Below, in pieces: positions 26,633 through 38,620 of a stretch of 64,000 bases of DNA. Every line of letters begins with the position of its first letter. Within the stretch, counting starts at the first letter, position 1. Both the position numbers and the translations under genes were made by a program. Below the pieces are notes generated by a model. The model saw nothing but the letters and a program-made list of their open reading frames with translations. It had not been told where the DNA came from and did no database searches. Source of the stretch: Octopus sinensis. Taxonomy: Eukaryota. The stretch spans positions 130,386,001 to 130,450,000 of the forward strand of contig NC_042999.1 of assembly GCF_006345805.1 (NCBI RefSeq). Reading direction: 5' to 3'.

Positions 26633-27004
26633 GTAAATTAAAAATATAAAATGGCGACAATTTACTCATCACACTGTGTATATACAATTGAAGAAATTGG
26701 AGCCAACAAGCTTGGTTGGACATTTATTTTCTAATCACTACAATTGTTTCGACGAAACGTAGTTTTCCAGGTATGCAGGTACTTGATTATGTAACTGTAT
26801 TATGAGATCTAGTTGTGTTTCTTCAGATGCTATGTAATTATTGTCTCCGTAAATTTAAAATCCTCGGCTTCAAGAATATCCTATCTATCTGTCGTAGCCT
26901 AAATTTAGTATTACGCGCTTAGCTTACCAGGGTATTTTGTTGTCAAGTAATCAGTGTTTTGTTGCCAACTACCCTTCAGTAACAGAGTATACCATAACTA
27001 TATA

Positions 27005-27019
27005 TATAGAGAGAGAGAG

Positions 27020-27070
<51 letters not shown>

Positions 27071-27120
27071 GAAGAAAAGAAAGAGAAAGAATAGAAAGAA
27101 AAGAAAGAAAGAAAGAGAAA

Positions 27121-27169
<49 letters not shown>

Positions 27170-27272
27170 AGAGAAAGAAAAAGAAGAAAGAACAAAGAAA
27201 GAAAGAAAGAAAGAAAGAAAGAAAAGAAAGAAAGAAGAAAAGAAAGAAGAAAAGAAAGCAAGAAAGAAAGAA
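27005..27272. repeat. (GAAA)n purine-rich microsatellite
   Basis: Directly visible; source of the K/E/R-rich and F/L/S-rich ORFs. Confidence 0.98.
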
Positions 27273-27289
27273 TTTTACCAAATAAATAC

Positions 27290-28226
27290 CACTTCGTATT
27301 CGAGGCTCCAACGAAGTCATAAGATAAAATTTTGGATTTATGGAGGGCCAAAGTTGGGTACAAAAACAGGACAGTGGAGACATACAAGGAAACCCTCCAT
27401 AAATTCAAAATTTTATTTTGGAATTTATGGGAGCAACTGTCTTTGAAGACTCATATTGTCGTTGAATACTCGAAATGAGGAGTACATAGACAGCGGATAA
27501 CTGATGAAGGGTCGTTCTTTGTGTTACTTGTCCTGATTTCCCTTTTCTTGTCTGATTGTTTGTGTATTTAACTCGTTTGTTTTCGTACTTCATGTTGTTT
27601 ACACAGTTGGTTATATCCTGTACCGATATAAGAATATATATATATATATAATTTATATTATTATTCAGTTGAACGCCACGCATAACCTTTTTGATGCGGC
27701 TCTACAAATTTCTCCCCATCTTTCTCTAATTTCCTTTTTCTCCACTTCACAGTTTTCTATCTCTCTCTCTTCTATCTTTTCTCTTTTCAAAGAAAATATT
27801 TCTCTCAGCGTTCATTACTTTTCTTCTCGCTCTGGTCTAACAACCCTCCATGTTTGTTTTTGTTCGGTTTCTTTGTATATTACCACTGTCCTAACATTGA
27901 CCCTCCATAAATACAAAATTTCATTTTGGAATTTATGGAAGCAACTATCTTCGAAGAATCATATCGTCGCTGAATGCTTGGAAATTTTTTTCAGAATCAT
28001 AATCTCCATATTTTTCCGCATATTTTCGCAAAAAAAATTCTGAAAAAAGTTTAAAATGAAGAATGTAGGGGGAGAGGGGTAATTTCAAAATGCCGATTTT
28101 TGCCAATGTTTTTGCAGATTCATATTTCCCGTAGCCGAAAACGGGGGTTTCTGTAGAAAAACAAATTAAATTTTAAAAAGCGGTGTTTTTTTTGGGGGGG
28201 AGGGGTTACAAAAGGAAGTCTTGCCG
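27290..28226. mobile_element. Unclassified non-autonomous repeat with internal inverted and direct repeats
   Basis: 22-bp inverted repeat (27326-27347 / 27393-27414, one mismatch); about 85-bp direct repeat (27393-27476 / 27901-27985); ends against (TA)n. Confidence 0.5.
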
Positions 28227-28257
<31 letters not shown>

Positions 28258-28258
28258 A

Positions 28259-28301
<43 letters not shown>

Positions 28302-28302
28302 G

Positions 28303-28345
<43 letters not shown>

Positions 28346-28499
28346 ATGTATGTATATATTGTCAACGTTGTTTTGTCGCAAATACGATCTTGTGATCTAG
28401 AATATTTGACGCCCCGTTTTCCATGGAATACTTTCTTGTCTACCTCTCTCTCTATATATAATATATATATATGTGTGTGTGGTGTGTGTGTGTGTGTGT

Positions 28500-29015
28500 G
28501 TATACAAAATGGGACAAGAACGCAAAACATCCAGATAGACGATACAAAGAAAACAAGGACGGGTCTTTCGGAGTTTTCTTCCCTCAGTCGAGTTCCAGAT
28601 CATCTTTGCAATTTCGTCTGGCTATACACGAGATTGCTCCAATATGGCCAGCCCCAAGGAAAAACTAACCAAAGAGTATTAGATTCCTTGGAAGAAAGCA
28701 GCGAATGTATACGAAAACAAGGACGAAAAAAACGGAGAACGTTACTCAAATACAAATACAAATAACAGGACATAACAACAGGTGTCTTTCGATTAAGGAC
28801 GAATTAAATTAAGCTGACGTGTGTGGAAATAAAGCCTTACAGTAGAGATACAAGATTTCACAGGCACAGGGTGGAATATAGGTGTTGCACGGGCAACGGC
28901 CGAACCAAGAAAGATCAGGCTCGGCCGAACACCGGTCACGTGGGGAAAGAAGAGAGTGAGGTAGAGGCAGAGGGACAGAAGAATTAAGGAGAGGCATAAA
29001 AAAAATGACAGGGAC
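28500..29015 (-). mobile_element. Penelope-like terminal (pLTR-type) fragment
   Basis: Starts at a TG/TA microsatellite with the same purine-rich layout as the hammerhead-bearing mini-elements. Minus strand has CTGAGGGA..CTCCGAAAGAC, a possible decayed ribozyme core. Confidence 0.45.
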
Positions 29016-29819
29016 ACAGTGAAGTGAAAGGAGCTTGCTTCCCAACCACATGGTTCCGGGTTCTGTCCCACTGTTTGGCACCTTGGGCAAGTGTCTTCTA
29101 CTATAGCCTCGGGCCGACTAAAGCCTTGGGAGAAGTCAACTTGTGAAAGAGAAGGAGGAGTTCATAAACTCAATAGTCCCGTGCAAATGTTTCGAGAGTT
29201 CATAAAGTTCTTCTGCATGAATTTGTTTTGAAAGGATAATCTGTTGCACAAAATTGAACCCACTTTCCAGCGCAGTCAGCTTAACACTATTGACAAAACA
29301 GGAATTTAGACGAACTGAAACGAACTGCACTCCTGATTTTTATTCGAGTTTACCATCGAATAAAAACTATTTATTCGAGTTTACCATCTCCTACAACGAG
29401 TAGTGGGGGTCCTTCACTCACAGTAGTTCATATGTTAGTTAAGCCATAACTGGTACTCTAATAGGTACTGTTATTCAAGGTCGAGGTGGACCTGGGAGCA
29501 ATAGTGGATAAAAGATTGCTCTCTACTCTTTAAAACACTTGAACTCCCGAACAAGGGCTCCACAACACAATACACACACACACATACACACAATGTAAGA
29601 ATTTTTGTATAAAATGTATGCGTATGTATGTCTGTGACCATACATACGTATGCATGTATGTATGTTTACACCATTCGTATGTATGTTTACACCGGTCAAC
29701 AACCGGTGCACGGTGCAGTTTGCTAATTATATATCTATATCCTGCAACTGAATTTGCTTGACACTTGTACAAGCATGTTCGTGTGTGCATACGCATGTTT
29801 TGCGGAAATTCTAATTTAC

Positions 29820-30595
29820 CAGGGCGTAAACGCACCAACATCGGTTGTCAAGCGATGGTGGAGGGACAAACACAGACACACAGATATATATACCAGCAGT
29901 ATCGCCCGGCGTTGCTCGGGTTTGTAAGGGAAATAACTATATAAGCATTTTTAGAGAGTTACTTCCCTTATAAATTCGGGCTTTCTTAGCCATTTTTGTT
30001 TTGGTGTCTTCAAGCCATGAAGTCGTTGTTCTAAAAGAACGCTGGTTTCCTTCACAACGCATTACGACGTTGATTTCTTTACACTCCCTTCCCCACAGCT
30101 TCACGAGGGAGGGAAGGGGGAGAAGCAAACAGGTGAGCTGTGAGCGTGGACGCCAACTCCGCCGCCATCGACATACGATGCATTTTATGCATTAAAATGG
30201 AATAAAAAATGATGTTAAATTATTTTTAAAATCGTAGACTCATCGTTGACGCGCGCTAATAGTCAGACGGGCTCGATATGAATCACGACTATAAGATACC
30301 CGAATTTGGTTAAACTGCACCGCAAAATGTGGGAGGAGTTAGGAATCTAAATCGAAGGGGACAGACACTCACACAACTAGAGTTTTATATATATAGATAT
30401 ATAATTATATGTATGTATGCATGTATGTATGTATGTTGTGTACGACGGGCTTCTTTCGTCTACCAAATCCACTCACAAGGCTATAGTCGGGCCGAGGCTA
30501 TAGTAGAAGACACTTGCCCAAGGTGCCAAGCAGTGGGACAGAACCCAGAACCATGTGGTTGGGAAGCAAGCTTCTTACCACACAGCCACGCCTGC
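29820..30595 (-). mobile_element. CORE-type SINE interrupted by the Helitron
   Basis: Head and core at 30440-30595, 3' part at 29820-29885; the Helitron sits in the SINE's internal TA tract. Confidence 0.85.
29893..30397 (-). mobile_element. Complete non-autonomous Helitron (505 bp)
   Basis: Minus strand has 5' TC (TCTATATATATAAAACTCTAG), 3' hairpin CCCGAGCAACGCCGGG (29905-29920) and terminal CTGG (CTRR). Inserted between A (30398) and T (29892); no TSD. Confidence 0.9.
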
Positions 30596-30641
30596 AGCTA
30601 TACATATGTGTGTGTGTGTGTGCGTGTGTGTGTGTGTGTGT

Positions 30642-30731
<90 letters not shown>

Positions 30732-31127
30732 ATTTAAAATAGTATACATATATATGATGTATGCATATGGAGATCAATAAATAAAGCACCAGTTCAAGAC
30801 GTGGGATTGGCATAATGTTAGGATGTCAGAAACGATGTCGTCTAGTATTTATTTTGGTTCTATGCATACTGAGCTCAAATTCCTTAACTCCAGGATGAAG
30901 GGAAATCTGTAATAGCTTTGGGAAGCTCTTATACAAGAGCTCAAGTATTACAGCTGTTTGCTCTCAAAACCAACCGACCCATTGAAAAGAGGAAATACAA
31001 CAATACCAAGTTTTTTCAAGGAGAAGGTTCACTCTGAGCATGTCTGTGGTGCGTGGGTAAAGAAAACACACACAGACATATAAGCGAGTGTGTGTGTGTG
31101 TGTGCGTATATATATATATACATATAT

Positions 31128-31178
<51 letters not shown>

Positions 31179-31182
<4 letters not shown>

Positions 31183-31370
31183 ATCCAAACAAGAAAACAC
31201 AACAACGCGAGGACGTGGAACAAATATAGTATTATTGGACGCTCAGGAAAGAAGGAAAGGAGGGTTTAACCCAGTGGTTAGAGCTCTTCGTCGGAAACAT
31301 AGGAGAAAGAAAGATCCAGAGAAGGGAAGACAGAGGGAAAAAAATCGCCAACGGTACACACGAGGTCACA
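31179..31370 (-). mobile_element. Penelope-derived mini-element with decayed hammerhead
   Basis: Paralogue of 57116-57328; core mutated to CCGACGA and GAAAC lost. Confidence 0.7.
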
Positions 31371-31608
31371 TGTATGTATGTATGTATGTATGTATGTATG
31401 TATGTATGTATGTATGTATGTATGTATGTATGTATGTATGTATGCATGTATGTATGTCTGTATGTATGTATATACATTTAGATATACATACACACACACA
31501 CACTCGCAATTATAGATACATACAAACATATATGCAAACATATACATATGTATATGTATATCATATATGTAAATATGCATATATGTATACATATGTATAT
31601 ATATGTAT

Positions 31609-31714
<106 letters not shown>

Positions 31715-31809
31715 CATATGTATACACACGTATTATATATATATATATGGCCGCAGCCCCGAGGTTAAAGTGTATAAGCATATAAAGGAATAAAAGAATG
31801 GAGAAGACA

Positions 31810-32140
31810 CCCTTCGATCATGAATGACCATGGGATTGCACCTGGAAAGTTACCCTCCGAGGTACAAGTCCGGGCAAGATTGTTCGTGGAAGGCCAGCAG
31901 TCGCCCATGAATACCAGGCTCCCCTCTCTACACCACCGATGTTATCCAATGGAAATGCAAAGAACGATACAGCTTGGCACCAGTTTTGTCGCAACTCATT
32001 TCTACAGCTGAGTTAACTGGAGCTACATGAAATAAATAGTCTTGCTCAAGAACACAACGCGCCGCCCGGTCTGGGAATCGGACTCACAACACCACGATCG
32101 TAAGCTCGACGTTCAAAACACTGAGACATGCGCCTTCACG
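31810..32140 (-). mobile_element. tRNA-derived SINE (same head family as 401-664)
   Basis: Minus head GTGAAGGCGCATGTCTCAGTG..GATTCCCAGACCGGGCGGCGCGTTGTGTTCTTGAGCAAG. Confidence 0.8.
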
Positions 32141-32149
32141 AATAAAAGA

Positions 32150-32187
<38 letters not shown>

Positions 32188-32189
32188 TG

Positions 32190-32470
32190 GCGGTACATGG
32201 CCCAGTGGTTAAAGCAGCGGATAGTGGGTTCGAATCTCAGACCGGACTATGTGTGTGTTTATGAGCGAAACACCTAAGCTCCACGCGGATCCGGCAGAAG
32301 GTAATGGCGAACTTCTCGTGACTGACACAACTTTCTCTCATTCTTTCCTCCTGCATATTGCAGCTCACCTGCGACGGACCGGCGTCCCTTCCAGGTGTGG
32401 AACCTATACACCAAGGAAACCGGGAGACCGTCCCTATGAGCCAGGCGTGGCTCGAGAAGGAACAAACAGC
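32190..32470 (+). mobile_element. tRNA-derived SINE
   Basis: TGGCCCAGTGGTTAAAGC (A box), GGTTCGAATCTC (B box), CTGCGACGGACCGGCGTCCC and the AACAAACAGCAA end. Confidence 0.85.
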
Positions 32471-33190
32471 AATATATATATAATATATATAATACATATA
32501 ATGTATAATAATATATAATTATATATATAATATACATAACATGTATAATATATGATATATAATTATAATATAATATATATATATATATATATATATTAGA
32601 TATATATATATATATAATATACAATATAATGTAATATATATATATGTACAATATATATATATATACAAATAATATAATATTATATATATAATACATATAT
32701 ACAATAATTATTTGATATGAAATATATATTATAATACATAATATATATATAATATAAATATATATAAAATATATATATAATATATAAATATATATATAAG
32801 ATATATTATATACATAAATATATATATATATATGATATGATATATATATATAATATAAATATATATAAAATATATATACAATATACAAATATATTATATA
32901 TGAATATATATTATTATATACATATAATATATATATATGATATAAATATATGATATATATATGATATAGAATGTATATATAAATACAATATATATAGTAT
33001 ATTATAATGTATATAATATTATATAATATATATATTATATTATAATATTTAATATATCTATATGATATATATATATTATATATATATAAAATATATATAT
33101 ATATAAATAATATTTAATATACAATATATGTATATATATATATATATATATGTGTATGTATATATATATATATATGTGTATGTATGTATA

Positions 33191-33280
<90 letters not shown>

Positions 33281-33282
33281 AT
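32470..33282. repeat. About 800-bp degenerate (TA)n tract
   Basis: Almost exclusively A/T. Confidence 0.97.
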
Positions 33283-33311
33283 TGGAAGGTTTGGAGATGA
33301 TGTACAGGTAT

Positions 33312-33605
33312 TATATATTAGAAGAAATGAGGTAATCAGAAGATCGGATGGTTTATATTTACAGATATTTATTCATATATTACATTTTTTACATATATCA
33401 TATCACTCAGATCATTAGCGCTTTCTCCCATTCTAGTGGGGTTTTCAAATAAAAAACTTTTTATTTGAAAACCCCACTAGAATGGGAGAAGAAAGCGCTA
33501 ATGATCTGAGTGATATGATATATATGTAAAAAATGAATATATAAGTAAATATCTGTAAATATAAAACATCCGATCTTCTGATTACCTCATTTCTTCTAAT
33601 ATATA
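33312..33605. repeat. Long near-perfect inverted repeat (about 145-bp arms, 2-nt loop)
   Basis: 33312-33455 is the reverse complement of 33458-33605 apart from a few substitutions and small indels. Confidence 0.95.
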
Positions 33606-33673
33606 TATATATATATACATATATATAAAATATATATGTATATGCTTGTGTATGTATATATATATATGTGTGT

Positions 33674-33715
<42 letters not shown>

Positions 33716-33744
33716 TGTGTGTGTATGTGTGCGCGTGTGTGTGT

Positions 33745-33990
33745 AAGTGCAGGAGTGGCTGTGTGCTATGTACCTTGCTTACCAACCACATTATTCCGGG
33801 TTCTCATGATACCGTCGCATAACATCCGATCTTGGTGTGTTTACATCCCCTTAACTTAGCGGTTCGTTAAAAGAGACCGATAGAATAAGTACTAGGCTTA
33901 CAAAGAATAAATCCTGGGGTCGATTTGTTCGACTAAAGGCAGTGCTCCAGCATAACTGAAACAATTAAAAGAATAAAAGAGTAAAAGAAT
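33745..33990 (+). mobile_element. CORE-type SINE, internally deleted
   Basis: Head GCAGGAGTGGCTGTG joined to the TCGCATAACATCCGAT..GGCAGTGCTCCAGCAT 3' part. Confidence 0.85.
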
Positions 33991-34009
33991 TTATATACAC
34001 TCGCGCGCG

Positions 34010-34093
<84 letters not shown>

Positions 34094-34107
34094 CATACAT
34101 ACATACA

Positions 34108-34140
<33 letters not shown>

Positions 34141-34144
34141 GGAC

Positions 34145-34410
34145 TGACTCCTGTGCAGGTGGCACGTAAAAAGACACCATTTGAGCGTGGCCGTTGCCAG
34201 TAATGCCAGACTAGCCCTCTTGCCGGTGACACGTAAAGGCACCCACTACACTCTCGGAGTGGTTGGCGTTAGGAAGGGCTTCCAGCTGTAGAAGTTCTGC
34301 CAGATCAAATTGGAACCTGGTGCAGTCATCTGGTTCGCTAGTCCTCAGTCAAATCGTTCAACCCATGCTGGCATGGAAAGCAGACGTTAAATAATGATGA
34401 TGATGATGAT
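34145..34410 (+). mobile_element. SINE with (GAT)n tail
   Basis: GGTTGGCGTTAGGAAGGGCTTCCAGCTGTAGAAG core; GACGTTAAATAATGATGATG end. Confidence 0.85.
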
Positions 34411-34692
34411 ATATATATATATATACATACATACATTGTCCCGAAACGGATCAAAGAAGAAAAAGATCCCATCACCTTTAAACGGAATCTGGCCAAATTT
34501 TTTCAAGGAATACGAGATAAGCCACCTATACCTAGATACACCTCACACAACAAGAACTCCCTACTCGAATGGACCATGATACCACAAAACGTGACTAAAA
34601 AAGGTGGTGCTATTAAGTTAGACATGGCCTGGACTAATCCTTGGTCGAAACATGTCTCAGTTATCTAAGTTATGTATATATATATATATATA

Positions 34693-34876
34693 GGGAGAGT
34701 TTACGAAAAAACAGAAGACGAAGACAGGTGGTGTACAAAACAAACAGATGTATTAGTATAACGCTCAGGAATAGAAAAAGTCTTTTACGTTTCGAGTCTA
34801 CGCTCTTCTACAGAAAGGGACACAGAAAAAACAAGGAGAGAAAAAATGTGTATAGTGGCTAACGATCTATCATGGC
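34693..34876 (-). mobile_element. Penelope-derived mini-element with hammerhead-like motif
   Basis: Minus strand reads CTTT-CTGTAGA-A-GAGC-GTAG-ACTC-GAAAC-GTA-AAAG at 34781-34817; abuts (TA)n. Confidence 0.7.
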
Positions 34877-35029
34877 ACATACATATGCATACATATACAT
34901 ATGCAAACATATACATACATACATGCATTTGCATACATATACATATATAGATATGAATACGTATACATGTATATGTACATATCCATACATATGCATACAC
35001 ATACATGCATATACACATATTTGTTTTTG

Positions 35030-35395
35030 TGGCACTCCGTCGGTTACGACGACGAAGGTTCCAGTTGATCCGATCAACGGAACAGACTGCTCGTGAAATT
35101 AATGTGCCAGTGGTTGAGCACTCTACAGACACGTGTACCCTTAACGTAGTTCTCGGTGAGATTGATCGTGACGCAGAGTGTGACAAGGCTGACCCTTTGA
35201 AACAGGAGGAAAGCGTGAGAGAACGTTGTGGTGAAGGAGTACAGCAGCGCTCGCCACCAACTCCTGCCAGAGCCTTGTAGAGCTTTTAGGTGTTTTCGCT
35301 CAATAAACACTCACAACACCCAGTCTGGGAATCGAAACTGCGATCCTACAAACGCGAGTCCGCTGCCCTAACCACTGGGCCATTGCACCTCCACA
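35030..35395 (-). mobile_element. tRNA-derived SINE, full length
   Basis: Minus head GTGGAGGTGCAATGGCCCAGTGGTTAGGG..GTTTCGATTCCCAG; 3' end GGAACCTTCGTCGTCGTAACCGACGGAGTGCC. Partial paralogue at about 59510-59650. Confidence 0.88.
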
Positions 35396-35464
35396 CATGT
35401 ATGTATATGTATGTATATATATATAATATATATATATGTATGTATATATTATATATAATATAAT

Positions 35465-35538
<74 letters not shown>

Positions 35539-35917
35539 TATATAATACATATATATATACACAGATATATGCATGTATATGCATATGTGTGAATTTGAAT
35601 CTATACATGAACCGTGTTTGGATTCATTCAATGTTAGCGATTATTTCAACTTGACATTAGTCGGAGCCCAAATTAGTTTCTAATTAATTGTAGTGCAATC
35701 CTTGTTATCAGTTCATATGTACCATATAAGCTTCATGTGTGCATGGTTAACATTTATTAATACATATACATGAATGTGTGTATATTCACAGACACACACA
35801 AGTAGACATGCATGCATAAACACGTATATACATATGCAAATACATATATTTATTTACATATAGCTATATATACGCATATATATATACATATAAATATAGA
35901 GATGAATATATATTCAT

Positions 35918-35954
<37 letters not shown>

Positions 35955-36006
35955 CACATATGTGCATATCTATACACACGTGTGCATTTACTTTCATTCA
36001 TATATA

Positions 36007-36038
<32 letters not shown>

Positions 36039-36228
36039 GTATTATGTATGTATACATATACATATGTATGCATTTACTTTCATTCATTATATATATATAT
36101 ATATATATATATATAACTATATCAAGGGGTCAGCTTTATGCTTCACACGCACCGCCGTAAGAAATCCACGCTAAAGTCCTTTTTACTACCTTAAAATCTC
36201 CGAGAATAGCACTCGTTATCGTAGACAA

Positions 36229-36311
<83 letters not shown>

Positions 36312-37143
36312 TCCATATATATAAATATCCATATATATAAATATCCATATATATGTAAATATATATACACATGCATATGTATATGCTTATGCGTATACAT
36401 ATGTAGTTACACAGTTATACTTTATGAGCATGTGTAAATGCAAATATGCTTACTTATATTTCATTGAATTGTGCAGTATAATATATCCATTATAGCCGAT
36501 CTTACCAATCGGTTTCGCTCCAGGAGTTCAAAGGAATGTTAGGTCCGATTATGTAACCTTATATGTGTGTGGTGGTGGTGGGGGGTGTGCCCCGCTCCAT
36601 ATTTTTGATAAGGGATTAGACCAACAGCTTTGGGGTCTGATGATACTCTGTAAGGCCAAACCCCATAAACCGGCCTCCTCCGTTATATTATGTGTATTAC
36701 ATATATACTTACTTTGCATATGCGTGCATGGATGCATATACGGTTACATATATATATGTATATATATATATATATATGTATACCTATATCATATACATAT
36801 GTACACATGCATATGTATACATATATCCACACGCACACATACACACACACACACAAACATATATATATATATAATATCCATATATACATAATATATCCAT
36901 ATATATAAATATATCCAAATATATATAAATATATCCAAATATATATAAATATATCCATATATATATACATATACATATATATATACATATATATACATTA
37001 TATATATATATGGATATATTTATATATATATATGGATATATTATATATATATATATGTATATATACATATCTATATATATATATATTTCTATATATATGT
37101 AAATATATCCATATCCATATATATATATACATACTTACATGCA

Positions 37144-37224
<81 letters not shown>

Positions 37225-37244
37225 GTGTGTTGTACACATATGTA

Positions 37245-37286
<42 letters not shown>

Positions 37287-37434
37287 CATGTATGTTTACA
37301 TATATCCAGATATATATAGATGCGTGCGTGTGTATGTGTGTGTGTACACATGTATACGTACATCCATATATACTTGCACAATTTGATGGTTCTGTTTTAC
37401 AGAGTTTATTTTAATTTTTCTATATGTTTAATAG

Positions 37435-37530
37435 ATTACTTCGTCTTAAATTCACTGGGAAAGATAATCTGGTGGAAAATCCTTTCATATACAGAGATTG
37501 TGTTGATCCACGTAGAATTCCAGGTGAATG
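37435..37530 (+). CDS. Candidate symmetric 96-nt coding exon, product unknown
   Basis: Acceptor TTTTTCTATATGTTTAATAG, donor TG|GTAACA; phase 2-2 frame reads LLRLKFTGKDNLVENPFIYRDCVDPRRIPGE. No family recognised. Confidence 0.25.
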
Positions 37531-37713
37531 GTAACAGTTTATGCTTATGCCAAGGACGAAAATGGGAAATTCAACTCCTCTCTTCGTGAAAGTGATATAA
37601 TATAATGTAAAATAGACGCATCTTGGGAAGGATGCCGATAGAAAGAGAAATGGGGGGAGAAGAGTGAGGTTGAGAGTAAAAGAGAGAGTCAGTAGGATGA
37701 ATGGGTGGGGAGA

Positions 37714-37756
<43 letters not shown>

Positions 37757-38512
37757 CGCGCGCGTGTGTGTGTGCGCGCGCGTGCGTGTGTGTGCGCGCG
37801 TATGTGTCTGTGTCTGAATATTCAAGAGCGTGCGTGTACGCAGTTATTTCTTCATAATATCGTTCTCGCTCTCTCCCGATCTCTTTCTGACTACACATGT
37901 CTGTGTACACACATACACACACACACATACACACACACACACAGGCATACGCACATGCACACACATAGAATAGACGTGTGTATCTCTATTTCTCCATTCT
38001 CTCTATTTGACCTTATTTTGAACTGATGTAAATATAGACCATGTGGTTGATTCCTATGAGTATGATGTAGCAGGATTTCTAGGAGGAAGAGAAACAGATG
38101 TATCGTTGTTGGGATGCTACTACGAAGCTTGAGGCATAAAAGAAAGAAAATCACTGATTTTTTCTTCTTTTTTTTCTTCTTTTTTTAACTTTTCCTTATT
38201 TTGCTTCAAAATAATCCAGAAATTTTCACAATGAAACCATAAAAAAAAACCGTGCTAACGATACTGAATCGTATCATTGTGATATAACGGATATGCTCGA
38301 TCCAAACTATGAAAAAGCACTCACGCACACACTCTCAAAACTTTTAAACTTTCACTTTTCTATAAATTCTTGGTAATTTCTTTGTTTCTAAAAAGTTTAA
38401 TTTGACAGTGAACAGTAATGAATAAATAATACGTAGAAAATTTTTTCTTTGAAAAACGCATTAAACACACAAAGGAGCTGATTACTTGCTTGTGAGTGAG
38501 TCACAGTCTTAC

Positions 38513-38620
38513 CTTAATTTCTTTGGTTTTAATTGAGGGATTGGTTTTTTCTGTGACTGACGGACTAGGACAGGCAGAGGCAGATAGCAGCCGACTCCGT
38601 CTCCGAGTAATCATGGTCAT
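38513..38620 (-). CDS. Candidate first coding exon, product unknown
   Basis: ATG at 38620 (second ATG at 38614 has A at -3). MTMITRRRSRLLSASACPSPSVTEKTNPSIKTKEIK ends exactly at a strong phase-0 donor, AAG|GTAAGA. Locally GC-enriched non-repeat sequence. Confidence 0.38.

Noticed and set aside
26937-27446. 169-aa K/E/R-rich ORF and its antisense F/L/S-rich ORFs
   Set aside because: Pure read-through of a (GAAA)n microsatellite.
29136-29330. 64-aa protein-looking minus-strand ORF
   Set aside because: No usable donor before the stop and no recognisable family.
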